The notes under the pieces were generated by a model. That model was not told where the DNA came from, did not search any database, and was given only the letters and a program-made list of their open reading frames with translations. Position numbers and translations under genes: made by a program. A DNA stretch of 64,000 nucleotides from Syntrophorhabdaceae bacterium (GTDB taxonomy: Bacteria; Desulfobacterota; Syntrophorhabdia; Syntrophorhabdales; Syntrophorhabdaceae), in contig CAXXUO010000002.1 in the NCBI GenBank assembly GCA_963666485.2, positions 64,001-128,000 on the forward strand. Reading direction: 5' to 3'. The stretch's first letter is position 1. Every line of letters begins with the position of its first letter. Shown here piece after piece: positions 8,812-17,663 of this stretch.

Positions 8812-10015
8812 ACGGTGCTACGAGTTTGTCCCCTATCGCTACTATTTCCGACGCGAATGCGCCTCTCGGGTTGCGTGTTATTGCGGGGACGAGGTCTATC
8901 GTGCTGCGTTCAACATCGACATGGCGGCCGATACTGCCGAGGAGCTGCACGTCCCGGGCGAGCCATTTTTTCGAAACGGTCTGTATCTTACCCGCCACCT
9001 CTTCCGGCCTGACGCCCTGCGGGACCCTGTTCACGACCAGCCACGGGTTGAATTCCCAGACCGCCTTCATGATCGCCGCCAGGTGCTCAGGACATTCCTC
9101 CCTGACCGAGGCGACCAGTTCATTGATCGTCTTCGACCCGTTGCCCGACATCGTCGCGTCATGGATATATTTCTCGAGCGCAGCGTCTTTCCGGTCCATT
9201 CCGGAGCGGGCCTCCATGCCCGTAAGCCTGTTGAGCTTCCGGTATATTGCCGCCTTCAGAAAATGGTATGCCCCGATGTATGATGCTGAATCACGGGTCG
9301 TGACGACGATGCCGTGGTCTGCCTGCAAAAAGAAGTCGAGGATATTGTACGACGTGTCGCCACCGAGATCGAGCAGGATGCAATCGGCCTCAATAGCATT
9401 GATCCCCTTGATGAGCTTCACTTTTTTCATGAAATCGATGTTCGCCGATCCCAGTTCCGAACTATCGCCACCGATCAGTATCGGCCCGTGCGGCGTCTCC
9501 ACCATGACATCGTCGAGCGAATCAACCCGTTTCTTCAGGAAGTCGTTGATCGAATTGCGCAGCAACGTCCGGTATCCCAGGTAAAGATGAAGGTTGGACC
9601 CCCCGAGGTCGAGATCGATGAGCACCGTCCTTAAACCGAGGGACGCAAGGTAGATGCCGAGATTGGCCGCGATGACGCTCTTCCCGATACCCCCCTTCGA
9701 GCCGCCGATAGCGATGATCTTTCCCCGGGTAAGAGCCATGTCCGCCGCCGGTCTCAACCCTTCCAGGTAATTGACGAGGAGTTCGTACGACCTCTGTATC
9801 GCGAGAAAGCGGTCCGATGTCACATCTTTGACGACCGCGTCCCTGATCATGTCAGGATGATGGACCCGCGCATTCCTCCTGTATGCCCTTTTCACCATGT
9901 CGACATCGAGGGTATCCAGGAAAGTCTCATTATCCGCAGCCGCCTCCGAGAACAAACATGCGCACGCAGCCTTTAATTCCCGTACCTTATCCGTTTCCAG
10001 CCTGTTTACGATCAT
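8810..10015 (-). CDS. J-domain plus FlhG/MinD-like ATPase fusion
   Basis: VKRAYRRNARVHHPD (HPD J motif) followed by deviant Walker A GGSKGGIGKS and IDLDLGGSNLH. Confidence 0.8.
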   Translation of the reverse strand: MIVNRLETDKVRELKAACACLFSEAAADNETFLDTLDVDMVKRAYRRNARVHHPDMIRDAVVKDVTSDRFLAIQRSYELLVNYLEGLRPAADMALTRGKIIAIGGSKGGIGKSVIAANLGIYLASLGLRTVLIDLDLGGSNLHLYLGYRTLLRNSINDFLKKRVDSLDDVMVETPHGPILIGGDSSELGSANIDFMKKVKLIKGINAIEADCILLDLGGDTSYNILDFFLQADHGIVVTTRDSASYIGAYHFLKAAIYRKLNRLTGMEARSGMDRKDAALEKYIHDATMSGNGSKTINELVASVREECPEHLAAIMKAVWEFNPWLVVNRVPQGVRPEEVAGKIQTVSKKWLARDVQLLGSIGRHVDVERSTIDLVPAITRNPRGAFASEIVAIGDKLVAP

Positions 10016-10079
10016 CCCTGCCCAACCTTGACGTTATATGAATATTGTCGTCAAATTTTGCAATAACTATACCAAGAAG

Positions 10080-10475
10080 AATGGGCGATGGGCGATGGGG
10101 AATACCCTAATTGGTCTGTGTAAACGTTCCGACCATGCAGGACAATCCCTTCCGCATAATCCCTAACCTCTCCCGTCTTCCCGGCCGTAAGAGCCGGGAC
10201 CCAGGGTTTTTCTTTTTGGTTTTTCAAACATATAAAAACTAAGAAAAAATAGAATCTTGGGTTCCGGGTCACGCCCGGAACGACGACTGAAACAGGTTAA
10301 AGACGGCCCGATGCCCAAAAGATGAATGTGGCGCCTGGCCGCCTTACCTTATATCCTCTATGTGTCCGGTGTGATGAGAACCTTTACAGTCTTGAATTGC
10401 ACCTACAAGATTGTAACCAATACAACGGGCAGCTTTTTGTCTTTCCCATCGCCCATCGCCTATTGCCCCTAGCCC
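10080..10475. repeat. Inverted pair of heptamer arrays: (GATGGGC)n at 10080-10100 and (CCCATCG-like)n at 10445-10475, enclosing two REP-like palindromes (~10173-10206, ~10257-10288)
   Basis: Read directly. Confidence 0.75.
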
Positions 10476-10479
10476 GATT

Positions 10480-11124
10480 TTATTTGAACCAGCGTGGTTC
10501 GTCGAACCTCTCCGTGCTGCGCATGATGCGCGTGGTGTGATTGTCGGCGAACTCGTTGCGCAATTTCTGGGTGATGCGGCGGTAATCCTCGTTCATGAGA
10601 AGGCGCCCGATGTCCATGGCGTCCTTGAAGGTGAACTCGGCAATTATCTCCCTGAACCCCCCGATAGAAACGTTCCAGCCGCCGGTCACTTCGACATAGC
10701 CTATTTTCTGCATGGTCGGGATATGCTCGTTCATGACGAAATCGGCATACTCTTTTTTCACGCCCGGCCTCAGGTCATAATACTGGTTGAGCTTCCAGAC
10801 CCCCTTCTGGATGGTGTATTTCCCCCGCTTCAGGTTCCCCGTCGGCTCGAGGACGGCGCCCCGGTAATTCACGATTATTGTCTTTAATTCCTGCAGAAGG
10901 TCCTTGAACTTCCTGCCGGTAATTATCTTCAACACCTCTTCGGTCTCGTTGACGCTGTAGACGCTTATAATGCGCGGCCCGATACCGACCTCGACATAGT
11001 AGCCGCCAACCGGCACAAGCCCCATATCGGCCATTTCAGGCAGATACGTCTCTATAATGAACTGGGAATAATCATACTCCTTCCCCCGGCTTATATCCCA
11101 GCTCTGTGTAAAAAGCACCGACAT
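10480..11124 (-). CDS. Hypothetical protein with two internally repeated domains (NIPSNAP/dimeric alpha-beta barrel-like)
   Basis: GGAGG RBS before ATG 11124; duplicated W/YD...GK..Y..F.....P....G....GG motif. Confidence 0.65.
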   Translation of the reverse strand: MSVLFTQSWDISRGKEYDYSQFIIETYLPEMADMGLVPVGGYYVEVGIGPRIISVYSVNETEEVLKIITGRKFKDLLQELKTIIVNYRGAVLEPTGNLKRGKYTIQKGVWKLNQYYDLRPGVKKEYADFVMNEHIPTMQKIGYVEVTGGWNVSIGGFREIIAEFTFKDAMDIGRLLMNEDYRRITQKLRNEFADNHTTRIMRSTERFDEPRWFK

Positions 11125-11197
11125 GGCTACCTCCCGTTTCTTTGCCTGAACATCATCGAAATATTCTACATCAAGAACCACAAAAATGAACAGCGCT

Positions 11198-11519
11198 TCC
11201 ACGTTCCACGCAAAGAAAGCAAAAACCAAAAAGCCGAAAGACGCTGGATCCCGGCAAGCCGGGATGACGGGTAGAGGCGGGTGTAAAGAAATCGGTTCAA
11301 AGTTCAAGGTTCAAAGTTCAAGAAAAAAAACAAAGAAAGAAGAAAAGACCGTTACATGTTCCCACCACAACCCCGCCGTCATCCCGGCTTGCCGGGATCC
11401 AGCGTCTTTTCTTTTTTTCATTTGTTCTTTCGTGGAACGTGGAACGTGGAACCTGGAACCGTCTTTTTCTTTTATTTTTTGTTTTTTTTCCTTGAACCTT
11501 GAACCTTGAACCTTGAACC
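11198..11519. repeat. Composite repeat block: TTCCACG array, 34-bp CGTC-type palindrome pair (11237-11270 and 11376-11409), (RGTTCAA)4 at 11294-11321, TGGAACG array at 11431-11467, (TTGAACC)4 at 11492-11519
   Basis: Read directly; the two 34-bp copies are exact reverse complements. Confidence 0.9.
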
Positions 11520-11559
11520 ATTTTTTTAACTGTTTACTGTCTTTTTTGTCTGGTCTACA

Positions 11560-11778
11560 ATGACGGTGATGGAAAGTGTCAAAATAACGCTTAACGGGAT
11601 GCAGGAAAAGGTCCCGCCGGGAACGACCGTCGCCGACCTGATAGAACAGGCCGGGGAAAATGACAAGAACCTGATCGTGGAACGGAACAACCGTTTCGTT
11701 CATCCCCATACGTACCCGTCGACCATTGTCGGTGAAGGCGACAGGATCGAATTGATAAACCCTGACTTTGGAGGTTGA
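11560..11778 (+). CDS. thiS: ThiS/MoaD-like sulfur carrier protein
   Basis: Small ubiquitin-like size; ITLNG, VERN, EGDRIELI, C-terminal GG. Confidence 0.8.
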   Translation: MTVMESVKITLNGMQEKVPPGTTVADLIEQAGENDKNLIVERNNRFVHPHTYPSTIVGEGDRIELINPDFGG

Positions 11779-12091
11779 GATACAGTCCGTTCTCTTTGTC
11801 GCCGGTATTGTCTTTTTCGCCCTTTCATGCCTCGTCGCGGCGGCGAACATCGCTATCGGCATAACCCGCTATATCCGCAAACGCAAAGGCATGCCACAGA
11901 AACGGCAATCACTGATCTTCGTCCTGTCTATCGTCTTTTCCATCATGGCATACAGTACCGCCCGGAATTCCATCGGGCCCTGGGTATTCATACCGGCCAT
12001 TGTTGATCCTGCGACCATATTCCTCGCTGCCGCGCCCTTCCTGCTGCACAAAGTGCGCAAACAGGCCCAAAACGAACGGAAAGGGACATGA
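11768..12091 (+). CDS. Hypothetical membrane protein
   Basis: Three hydrophobic segments; overlaps both neighbours in operon fashion. Confidence 0.6.
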   Translation: MEVEIQSVLFVAGIVFFALSCLVAAANIAIGITRYIRKRKGMPQKRQSLIFVLSIVFSIMAYSTARNSIGPWVFIPAIVDPATIFLAAAPFLLHKVRKQAQNERKGT

Positions 12092-12717
12092 TCGCGGTCA
12101 TCGCAGCGGCGGCCGTCCTCGGGCTGTCGGCGGGCTTCTCTCCCGGACCGCTTCTCGCCCTGGTGATCGCCCAGACGTTGCGGTACGGCACGGGTGAAGG
12201 TATTAAAGTCTCTATCGCCCCGCTTATCACAGACGCGCCGATCATCGCCCTGTCTGTTTTCATCGTCTCGCGTTTTTCGGGGATGAACGCGGTCCTTGGG
12301 GCGATATCGCTTGCAGGGGGGCTCTTTGTCCTTTACCTTGGATGGGAGACACTCCGCGCACAGCACCCTTCAACAGGCACCGCCAACGACAGGGCCGGAT
12401 CGATCGGCAGGGGCGTCGCCGTGAACGCGTTGAGCCCCCACCCTTATATTTTCTGGATCACCGTCGGGTCCCCCGTCATAATAAGGTCGTACCGGGAAAG
12501 CCCGGCATTGGCCATCATTTTTGTCGTTTCATTTCTCGTGTGCCTCATCGGGTCAAAGATCGTGATCGCTGTACTCGTGGGCAGGACGAAAAAGATACTG
12601 GCGGGAAAAGTGTACCGGTTCATCATGGGGGCTCTCGGCGTCGCTCTTTTTATCTTTGCCCTTTCCCTGCTCAGGGACGGCCTCGTGCTTATCGGGTTGA
12701 TAACCAAATTTCCTTGA
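12088..12717 (+). CDS. LysE/RhtB family translocator
   Basis: GFSPGPL motif; VNALSPHPYIFW; six TM segments. Confidence 0.85.
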   Translation: MIAVIAAAAVLGLSAGFSPGPLLALVIAQTLRYGTGEGIKVSIAPLITDAPIIALSVFIVSRFSGMNAVLGAISLAGGLFVLYLGWETLRAQHPSTGTANDRAGSIGRGVAVNALSPHPYIFWITVGSPVIIRSYRESPALAIIFVVSFLVCLIGSKIVIAVLVGRTKKILAGKVYRFIMGALGVALFIFALSLLRDGLVLIGLITKFP

Positions 12718-12743
12718 AAGCGCACGACTGACCCGATAGAATA

Positions 12744-13562
12744 ATGCCAAACAATACAACGCCAAAAAAGGAGCGGCCCGCCATGCCCGATTACAGCAAG
12801 ATCGATACACCGGACGTCCTGTCGTACGTATTTTATCCCCGGAATGAATCGGGCCCGTGCCCGAAATATGCCTTCGATCATTTCATCCCGGTCGACGATG
12901 CGGTGGCCGTCCATTGCCGCTTTTACAAAGAGAATGACGCATGGCCCTGGGTCCTCTTTTTTCACGGCAACGGTGAGGTCGTCGGTGATTATGACGAGCT
13001 TTCCCTGTTCTATTTCAAGTACAAACTGAATATAGCGGTCGCGGATTATCGGGGCTACGGCAAGAGCAACGGCACGCCCACGGTCGCAAACATGTCCCGC
13101 GACGCGCACAAGGTCTTCGAATCTGCCAGGTCCGCCCTCAGGGAAAAGGGTCTGAACGAAAATATCTGGGTGATGGGGCGCTCGCTCGGCAGCGTGTCCG
13201 CCTTCGAGATAGCCCACGGTCACGGCAGCGACGTGAGGGGCCTCATCATAGAGAGCGGTTTCCCCAGCATATCGAGCCTTATCATCCGCCACAGCATAGC
13301 GTCGCCTGACATGTCCCTCGATGCGATCACCGGGGAGTGCCTTACGATGCTCAGGGCGATCACCGTGCCGGTCCTCGTCATCCACGGCGAATACGACACG
13401 CTCGTTCCCCCCGACGAGGCGGAGACGATCATGGAAAATATAGGATCTCCAAGAAAGGACCTTCTTATGATACCGGGCGCGACCCACAACGATATTATGT
13501 TCGTGGGGCTCCGGCAATACATGGAGGCGATCAGGCGTCTCGTTGACGAAACGGCCGCCTGA
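12744..13562 (+). CDS. Alpha/beta hydrolase (start may be 12783)
   Basis: FFHGNGE, DYRGYGKS, GRSLGS nucleophile elbow, HGEYD, HND. Confidence 0.9.
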   Translation: MPNNTTPKKERPAMPDYSKIDTPDVLSYVFYPRNESGPCPKYAFDHFIPVDDAVAVHCRFYKENDAWPWVLFFHGNGEVVGDYDELSLFYFKYKLNIAVADYRGYGKSNGTPTVANMSRDAHKVFESARSALREKGLNENIWVMGRSLGSVSAFEIAHGHGSDVRGLIIESGFPSISSLIIRHSIASPDMSLDAITGECLTMLRAITVPVLVIHGEYDTLVPPDEAETIMENIGSPRKDLLMIPGATHNDIMFVGLRQYMEAIRRLVDETAA

Positions 13563-13602
13563 CACCCGGCGAAAACAGCGTTCCTTAAGAAGACTTGCTT
13601 CC

Positions 13603-13782
13603 TTACCCGATCGCTTTGACCTTGCCGATCAGTTCGGTCAACTTCTTTTCCCTTTCTTTCAGGGCCTCGCGGAATTCTCTCCTGTCGGTGCGCTTGACCT
13701 CAACTTCAAGGTGGGAATGATATCTTTCGAGCACATTGAGCAGTAATTTTGCCTCTTCATCGTTCATATCGAGGGTAGCCAT
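13603..13782 (-). CDS. Small coiled-coil hypothetical protein (59 aa; below the ORF-track cutoff)
   Basis: AGGAGG RBS; MATLDMNDEEAKLLLNVLERYHSHLEVEVKRTDRREFREALKEREKKLTELIGKVKAIG. Confidence 0.65.
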   Translation of the reverse strand: MATLDMNDEEAKLLLNVLERYHSHLEVEVKRTDRREFREALKEREKKLTELIGKVKAIG

Positions 13783-14001
13783 ATCTTCCTCCTTTACAGG
13801 CCCCGGATCACATCTCCGGCCCCTTCGCCTGTATATTCATGATAGGCATTCTGTCGCCGCGGTGCAACCCGGTGACGCATCAATGAACAAGCCTTCCGGG
13901 AAGGTCCCTTTACTACTTATTTAGCACAAGTCTGGAATAATTCAAGGAACAACCGGCGAGAAACCCCCGAGAGAGTTTCGCAACACCCGCCCCATCTTTT
14001 T

Positions 14002-14038
14002 CGTGGAACCTAGAACCTGGAACGTGGAACCGTCTTTA
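14002..14038. repeat. Solo TGGAACS heptamer array plus GTCTTT tail overlapping the aspA stop codon
   Basis: Same unit as 8775-8811 and 11431-11467. Confidence 0.85.
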
Positions 14039-15448
14039 CCGTTCCCCCGTCCACCCCGGCTTGACCATATTTTCCGGCGACAGGATGGTATCTATCTCTT
14101 CTTTTTTCATGTATCCCTTTTCGAGGACAATATCATAGACCGAGCGTTTGCTCACGAGCGCCTCGTGCGCTATCTCGGTACACCTTTCGTAGCCGAGAAA
14201 AGGATTGAGCGCGGTAACGAGGCCGATGCTCTGCTCGACATATTCCCTGCACCTCTCACGGTTCGCCTCTATCCCCCGTATGCAGCGATCTGCAAGCGTC
14301 CGGCAGGCGCGGCGCAGGGCGACGAGGGAATTGAAAAGGCCAAAGGCGATGACGGGCTCCATGACGTTGAGCTCCAGTTGGCCGGCCTCGGCAGCGAAAC
14401 TCACCGTGACGTCATTTCCGATGACCAGGTATGCGACCTGGTTTACGACCTCGGGAATGATCGGGTTGACCTTGCCCGGCATAATGGTGGAGCCGGGTGC
14501 CATGGCGGGCAGGCTTATCTCGTTGAGCCCGCATCGCGGACCTGATGCGAGGAGCCTCAGGTCGTTGCATATCTTCGACATCTTCACCGCGACCCGTTTC
14601 AGGACCCCGGATAGCTGCACGTAAACGCCTGAATCCTGTGTTGCCTCGACGAGATTGGGTGACGTGAGGACATCTATGCCTGTCACATCCTTAAGCTTCA
14701 GGGCAACGAGCGGGGCATAATCCGGATGGGCATTGATCCCTGTGCCGATGGCGGTCGCCCCGAGGTTGATCTCGCGGACCAATTCCTGCGCCTCCCGCAC
14801 GCGCTCGATATCCTCGCCGAGCATGACGGCATATGCGGAAAATTCCTGTCCCAGCGTCATGGGGACCGCGTCCTGGAGTTGGGTTCTGCCCATCTTGATC
14901 ACGTCGTAGAATTCGACCGATTTTTTCTCGAACGCCGCCCGCAGGTATTCCATCGCGTCGATAAGCTGCCTGATCTTGAAGATCAGCGTCAGCCTGATGG
15001 CCGTCGGGTAGACATCGTTTGTCGACTGGCACAGATTGACATGATTGTTGGGGTGTACGATAGAATATTGCCCTTTTTCATGGCCGAGCTTTTCAAGGGC
15101 GACATTCGCAATGACCTCGTTGGCGTTCATGTTCGTCGATGTGCCCGCACCGCCCTGGATCATGTCGACGACGAACTGGTCACGGAACTTCCCCGCAAGT
15201 ATATCGTCACAGGCATCGCGTATGGCATCGGCCAGGCCGGCAGGCAGAAGCCCCAGTTCCTTGTTCGCCATAGCCGCAGCTTTCTTGACATATGCCAGGG
15301 ACCTTATGAAAACAGGATACGTTGAAAGGGGGATCCCGCTGATGTGAAAGTTCTCCGTCGCCCGCAGGGTCTGCACCCCGTAGTATGCATCCGCGGGGAC
15401 GTCCCTTTCGCCAAGGAGATCATGTTCCTTCCTGAATGCGTCACTCAT
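14036..15448 (-). CDS. aspA: Aspartate ammonia-lyase
   Basis: QGGAGTSTNMNANE, KMGRTQLQDA, GSTIMPGKVNP. Confidence 0.93.
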   Translation of the reverse strand: MSDAFRKEHDLLGERDVPADAYYGVQTLRATENFHISGIPLSTYPVFIRSLAYVKKAAAMANKELGLLPAGLADAIRDACDDILAGKFRDQFVVDMIQGGAGTSTNMNANEVIANVALEKLGHEKGQYSIVHPNNHVNLCQSTNDVYPTAIRLTLIFKIRQLIDAMEYLRAAFEKKSVEFYDVIKMGRTQLQDAVPMTLGQEFSAYAVMLGEDIERVREAQELVREINLGATAIGTGINAHPDYAPLVALKLKDVTGIDVLTSPNLVEATQDSGVYVQLSGVLKRVAVKMSKICNDLRLLASGPRCGLNEISLPAMAPGSTIMPGKVNPIIPEVVNQVAYLVIGNDVTVSFAAEAGQLELNVMEPVIAFGLFNSLVALRRACRTLADRCIRGIEANRERCREYVEQSIGLVTALNPFLGYERCTEIAHEALVSKRSVYDIVLEKGYMKKEEIDTILSPENMVKPGWTGER

Positions 15449-16716
15449 GCCGAGGCCTCCCGTATGTTATTGTCGTCCTCAAACGTATCTTCAATTGAAC
15501 CGGGTTCATCCTTCTTTCCGAACACGCCCTCCCATCGCGCCACGACAACCGTTGCAAGGCAATTCCCGGTGACGTTGACAGCCGTGCGTCCCATGTCCAT
15601 GATCGTATCGACGCCCAGTATGATAGCGACGGCCTGCACGGGAAGGCCGAATGATGCCAGGGTCCCTGCAAGAACGACGAGTGACGCCCGGGGCACCCCT
15701 GCGGCCCCTTTGCTCGCGAAGATGAGAGTGAAACCCATCATGAGCTGCTGCGTGAGGCTGAGCTCGATGCCGGCGGCCTGCGCGGCGAACACGGAGGCGA
15801 GCGAAAGATATATCGTCGTGCCGTCAAGATTGAAGCTGTAGCCCGTCGGGATAACGAACGACACCACGCGGCGCGGGACGCCGAGCGCCTCCATGTTCTC
15901 CATGGCCTTGGGCAGCGCCGCCTCCGAGCTCGATGTCGAAAAAGCGATCATTGCCGGCTCCTTGACCGCCGCCAGGAACGCCTTGAGCGGCACCCTGCAG
16001 ATCAGTGCCACGGGAAGCAGTATCGCCAGGAGAAAGACAATGATCGCCCCGTAAAATGTCAGGATGAGAACGCATAGTTTGAGAAGGACATTCATCCCCT
16101 TGCTGGCAACGATGACCGCAATGGCCGCCCCGACGCCGATCGGCGCCATCTTCATGACAATATTCGTGTACTTGAACATTGTCTCGGCAAGCGCCTCGCA
16201 GAACTCGATGATCGGTTTCTTCTTCTCTTTTATGAGGCTCAAGGCTATCGCGAATATGATGGTGAACACCACCACTTCAAGTACATCGCCCCGCACGGCG
16301 GAATCGAAGAAATTATCGGGAAATATATTGATAACAATTTCTTTTATCGTCATATGCTTCGGCTGACCGAGTCCCGCAACCGGGCCTGCGCCGCCAAGAT
16401 CGATCCCGCGCCCGGGCTTCGTTATATTGACGGCAATGAGACCGAGAAAAAGGGCCAGCGTCGTGACGATCTCAAAGTACACGATAGACTTGACCCCCAT
16501 CCTCCCCACTGCCTTCAGGTCGGAATGACTTGCGATACCGACAACCAGGGTCGCAAAAATAATAGGGACAACAATGGTTTTTACGAGGCGTATAAAGATG
16601 GTGCTCAGCGGGTCGAGCATGACCCCGAGCCCGGGAAATGCAAAGCCTACGATCAATCCTGCGATCATCCCGATAAATATGAGGTGAGTCTGCGAAAGCC
16701 TTCTGCCGTTCGCCAA
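15445..16716 (-). CDS. Dicarboxylate/amino acid:cation symporter (GltP/DctA family)
   Basis: AFSTSSSEAALP, GYSFNLDGT, SKGAAGVP, DMGRTAVNVTGN. Confidence 0.92.
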   Translation of the reverse strand: MANGRRLSQTHLIFIGMIAGLIVGFAFPGLGVMLDPLSTIFIRLVKTIVVPIIFATLVVGIASHSDLKAVGRMGVKSIVYFEIVTTLALFLGLIAVNITKPGRGIDLGGAGPVAGLGQPKHMTIKEIVINIFPDNFFDSAVRGDVLEVVVFTIIFAIALSLIKEKKKPIIEFCEALAETMFKYTNIVMKMAPIGVGAAIAVIVASKGMNVLLKLCVLILTFYGAIIVFLLAILLPVALICRVPLKAFLAAVKEPAMIAFSTSSSEAALPKAMENMEALGVPRRVVSFVIPTGYSFNLDGTTIYLSLASVFAAQAAGIELSLTQQLMMGFTLIFASKGAAGVPRASLVVLAGTLASFGLPVQAVAIILGVDTIMDMGRTAVNVTGNCLATVVVARWEGVFGKKDEPGSIEDTFEDDNNIREASA

Positions 16717-16859
16717 GCCGGTGCCTCCTGTCGCGGAGAGTGACTGCGTGTGTGGTGTATCACAAAGAATTAATCTTGTTTACAGGAAAAAAGCAATGAA
16801 AATAGCCGCCCATAACCTCGGAAAGACGGGTGCCCACGCAGGACCGGGACAAAACTGTA

Positions 16860-16888
16860 TTGAATTGAAAGGCCAAAACCGCTATAAT
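16860..16888 (+). promoter_or_regulatory. Sigma70 promoter of tRNA-Arg
   Basis: TTGAAT-N17-TATAAT, ending 9 bp before the tRNA. Confidence 0.7.
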
Positions 16889-16897
16889 ACACACCGT

Positions 16898-16974
16898 GCG
16901 CCCGTAGCTCAATTGGATAGAGTGTTGGACTACGAATCCAAAGGTTAGAGGTTCGATCCCTCTCGGGCGCGCCA
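16898..16974 (+). tRNA. tRNA-Arg (anticodon ACG)
   Basis: 77 nt; acceptor GCGCCCG/CGGGCGC; anticodon arm TTGGA-CTACGAA-TCCAA; GTTCGA T-loop; encoded CCA. Confidence 0.97.
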
Positions 16975-17052
16975 ATACTTTCAATGGTTTACAAGCAATG
17001 CCCCGGAAAACACTCCTTCTTTCCCCAACAGTCTCCCCAACATTAGGGCAAT

Positions 17053-17078
17053 AAAAAAGCCCCCTGTTTCCAGGGGCC
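17053..17078 (-). terminator. Intrinsic terminator-like hairpin; a related one lies at 17171-17200
   Basis: Minus strand CCCCTG-GAAA-CAGGGG then GCTTTTTT. Confidence 0.55.
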
Positions 17079-17306
17079 GTGTGCCACTTTGGCAGCTATA
17101 AAGGGGTGGGACCAAAGTCTCGCGATCGATTGATAGTCAAGCGTTCGCATTAACTAAGCTTTCGCAGAATAAAAAAGACCCCAGTTTTGCCGGGGCCTTT
17201 ACCATAGACGTATATCACACATTGATAAAAGCTGAAGTGCATCAATGTTTCAGATTAACTTTACCGACACGGAAATGACTGCAACAATGCGCGCAGAATT
17301 AAATTA

Positions 17307-17459
17307 ATGATCGCTACCGGTTACAACAGCGAGTCCCTCTCCCCCAGAAAAGTAAAAAGGTACGGCATCAAGAAATTGCTGACGAAACCCATCTATAGAA
17401 AGGAGATGGCGAAAGCCATCCAGGAAGTGCTCGATACATCAGTCGCTATTACCAATTAA
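17307..17459 (+). pseudogene. C-terminal fragment of a receiver (REC) domain
   Basis: IATGYNSESLSPRKVKRYGIKKLLTKPIYRKEMAKAIQEVLD resembles the end of the hybrid kinase at 49704 (LCTGHSE...FLMKPLTRHELASAVRRVLD). Confidence 0.6.
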
Positions 17460-17663
17460 AGGAATCCTGTCCACCAGAGCATAAGCGCCATGGGCGCCAG
17501 AAATAAATATCCGGAAGGTAACCCGCATGTAAAGAACCCAGGGGGAGTTCAGTGCCAATCAGGTCCCCTTCCCCTCTCCCAAAAAAGAATGCTTTTTTCA
17601 GGTCGTCGGGGTGTCCGGTTTATATGGAGCCACTACAAAGTCATCTCTATCAACAACTGGGTG

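Noticed and set aside
12444..13565. Long antisense or alternate-frame ORFs (also 8790-9584, 24431-25231, 31048-31866, 38644-39573)
   Set aside because: Shadows of well-supported genes in GC-rich DNA, with no recognisable motifs
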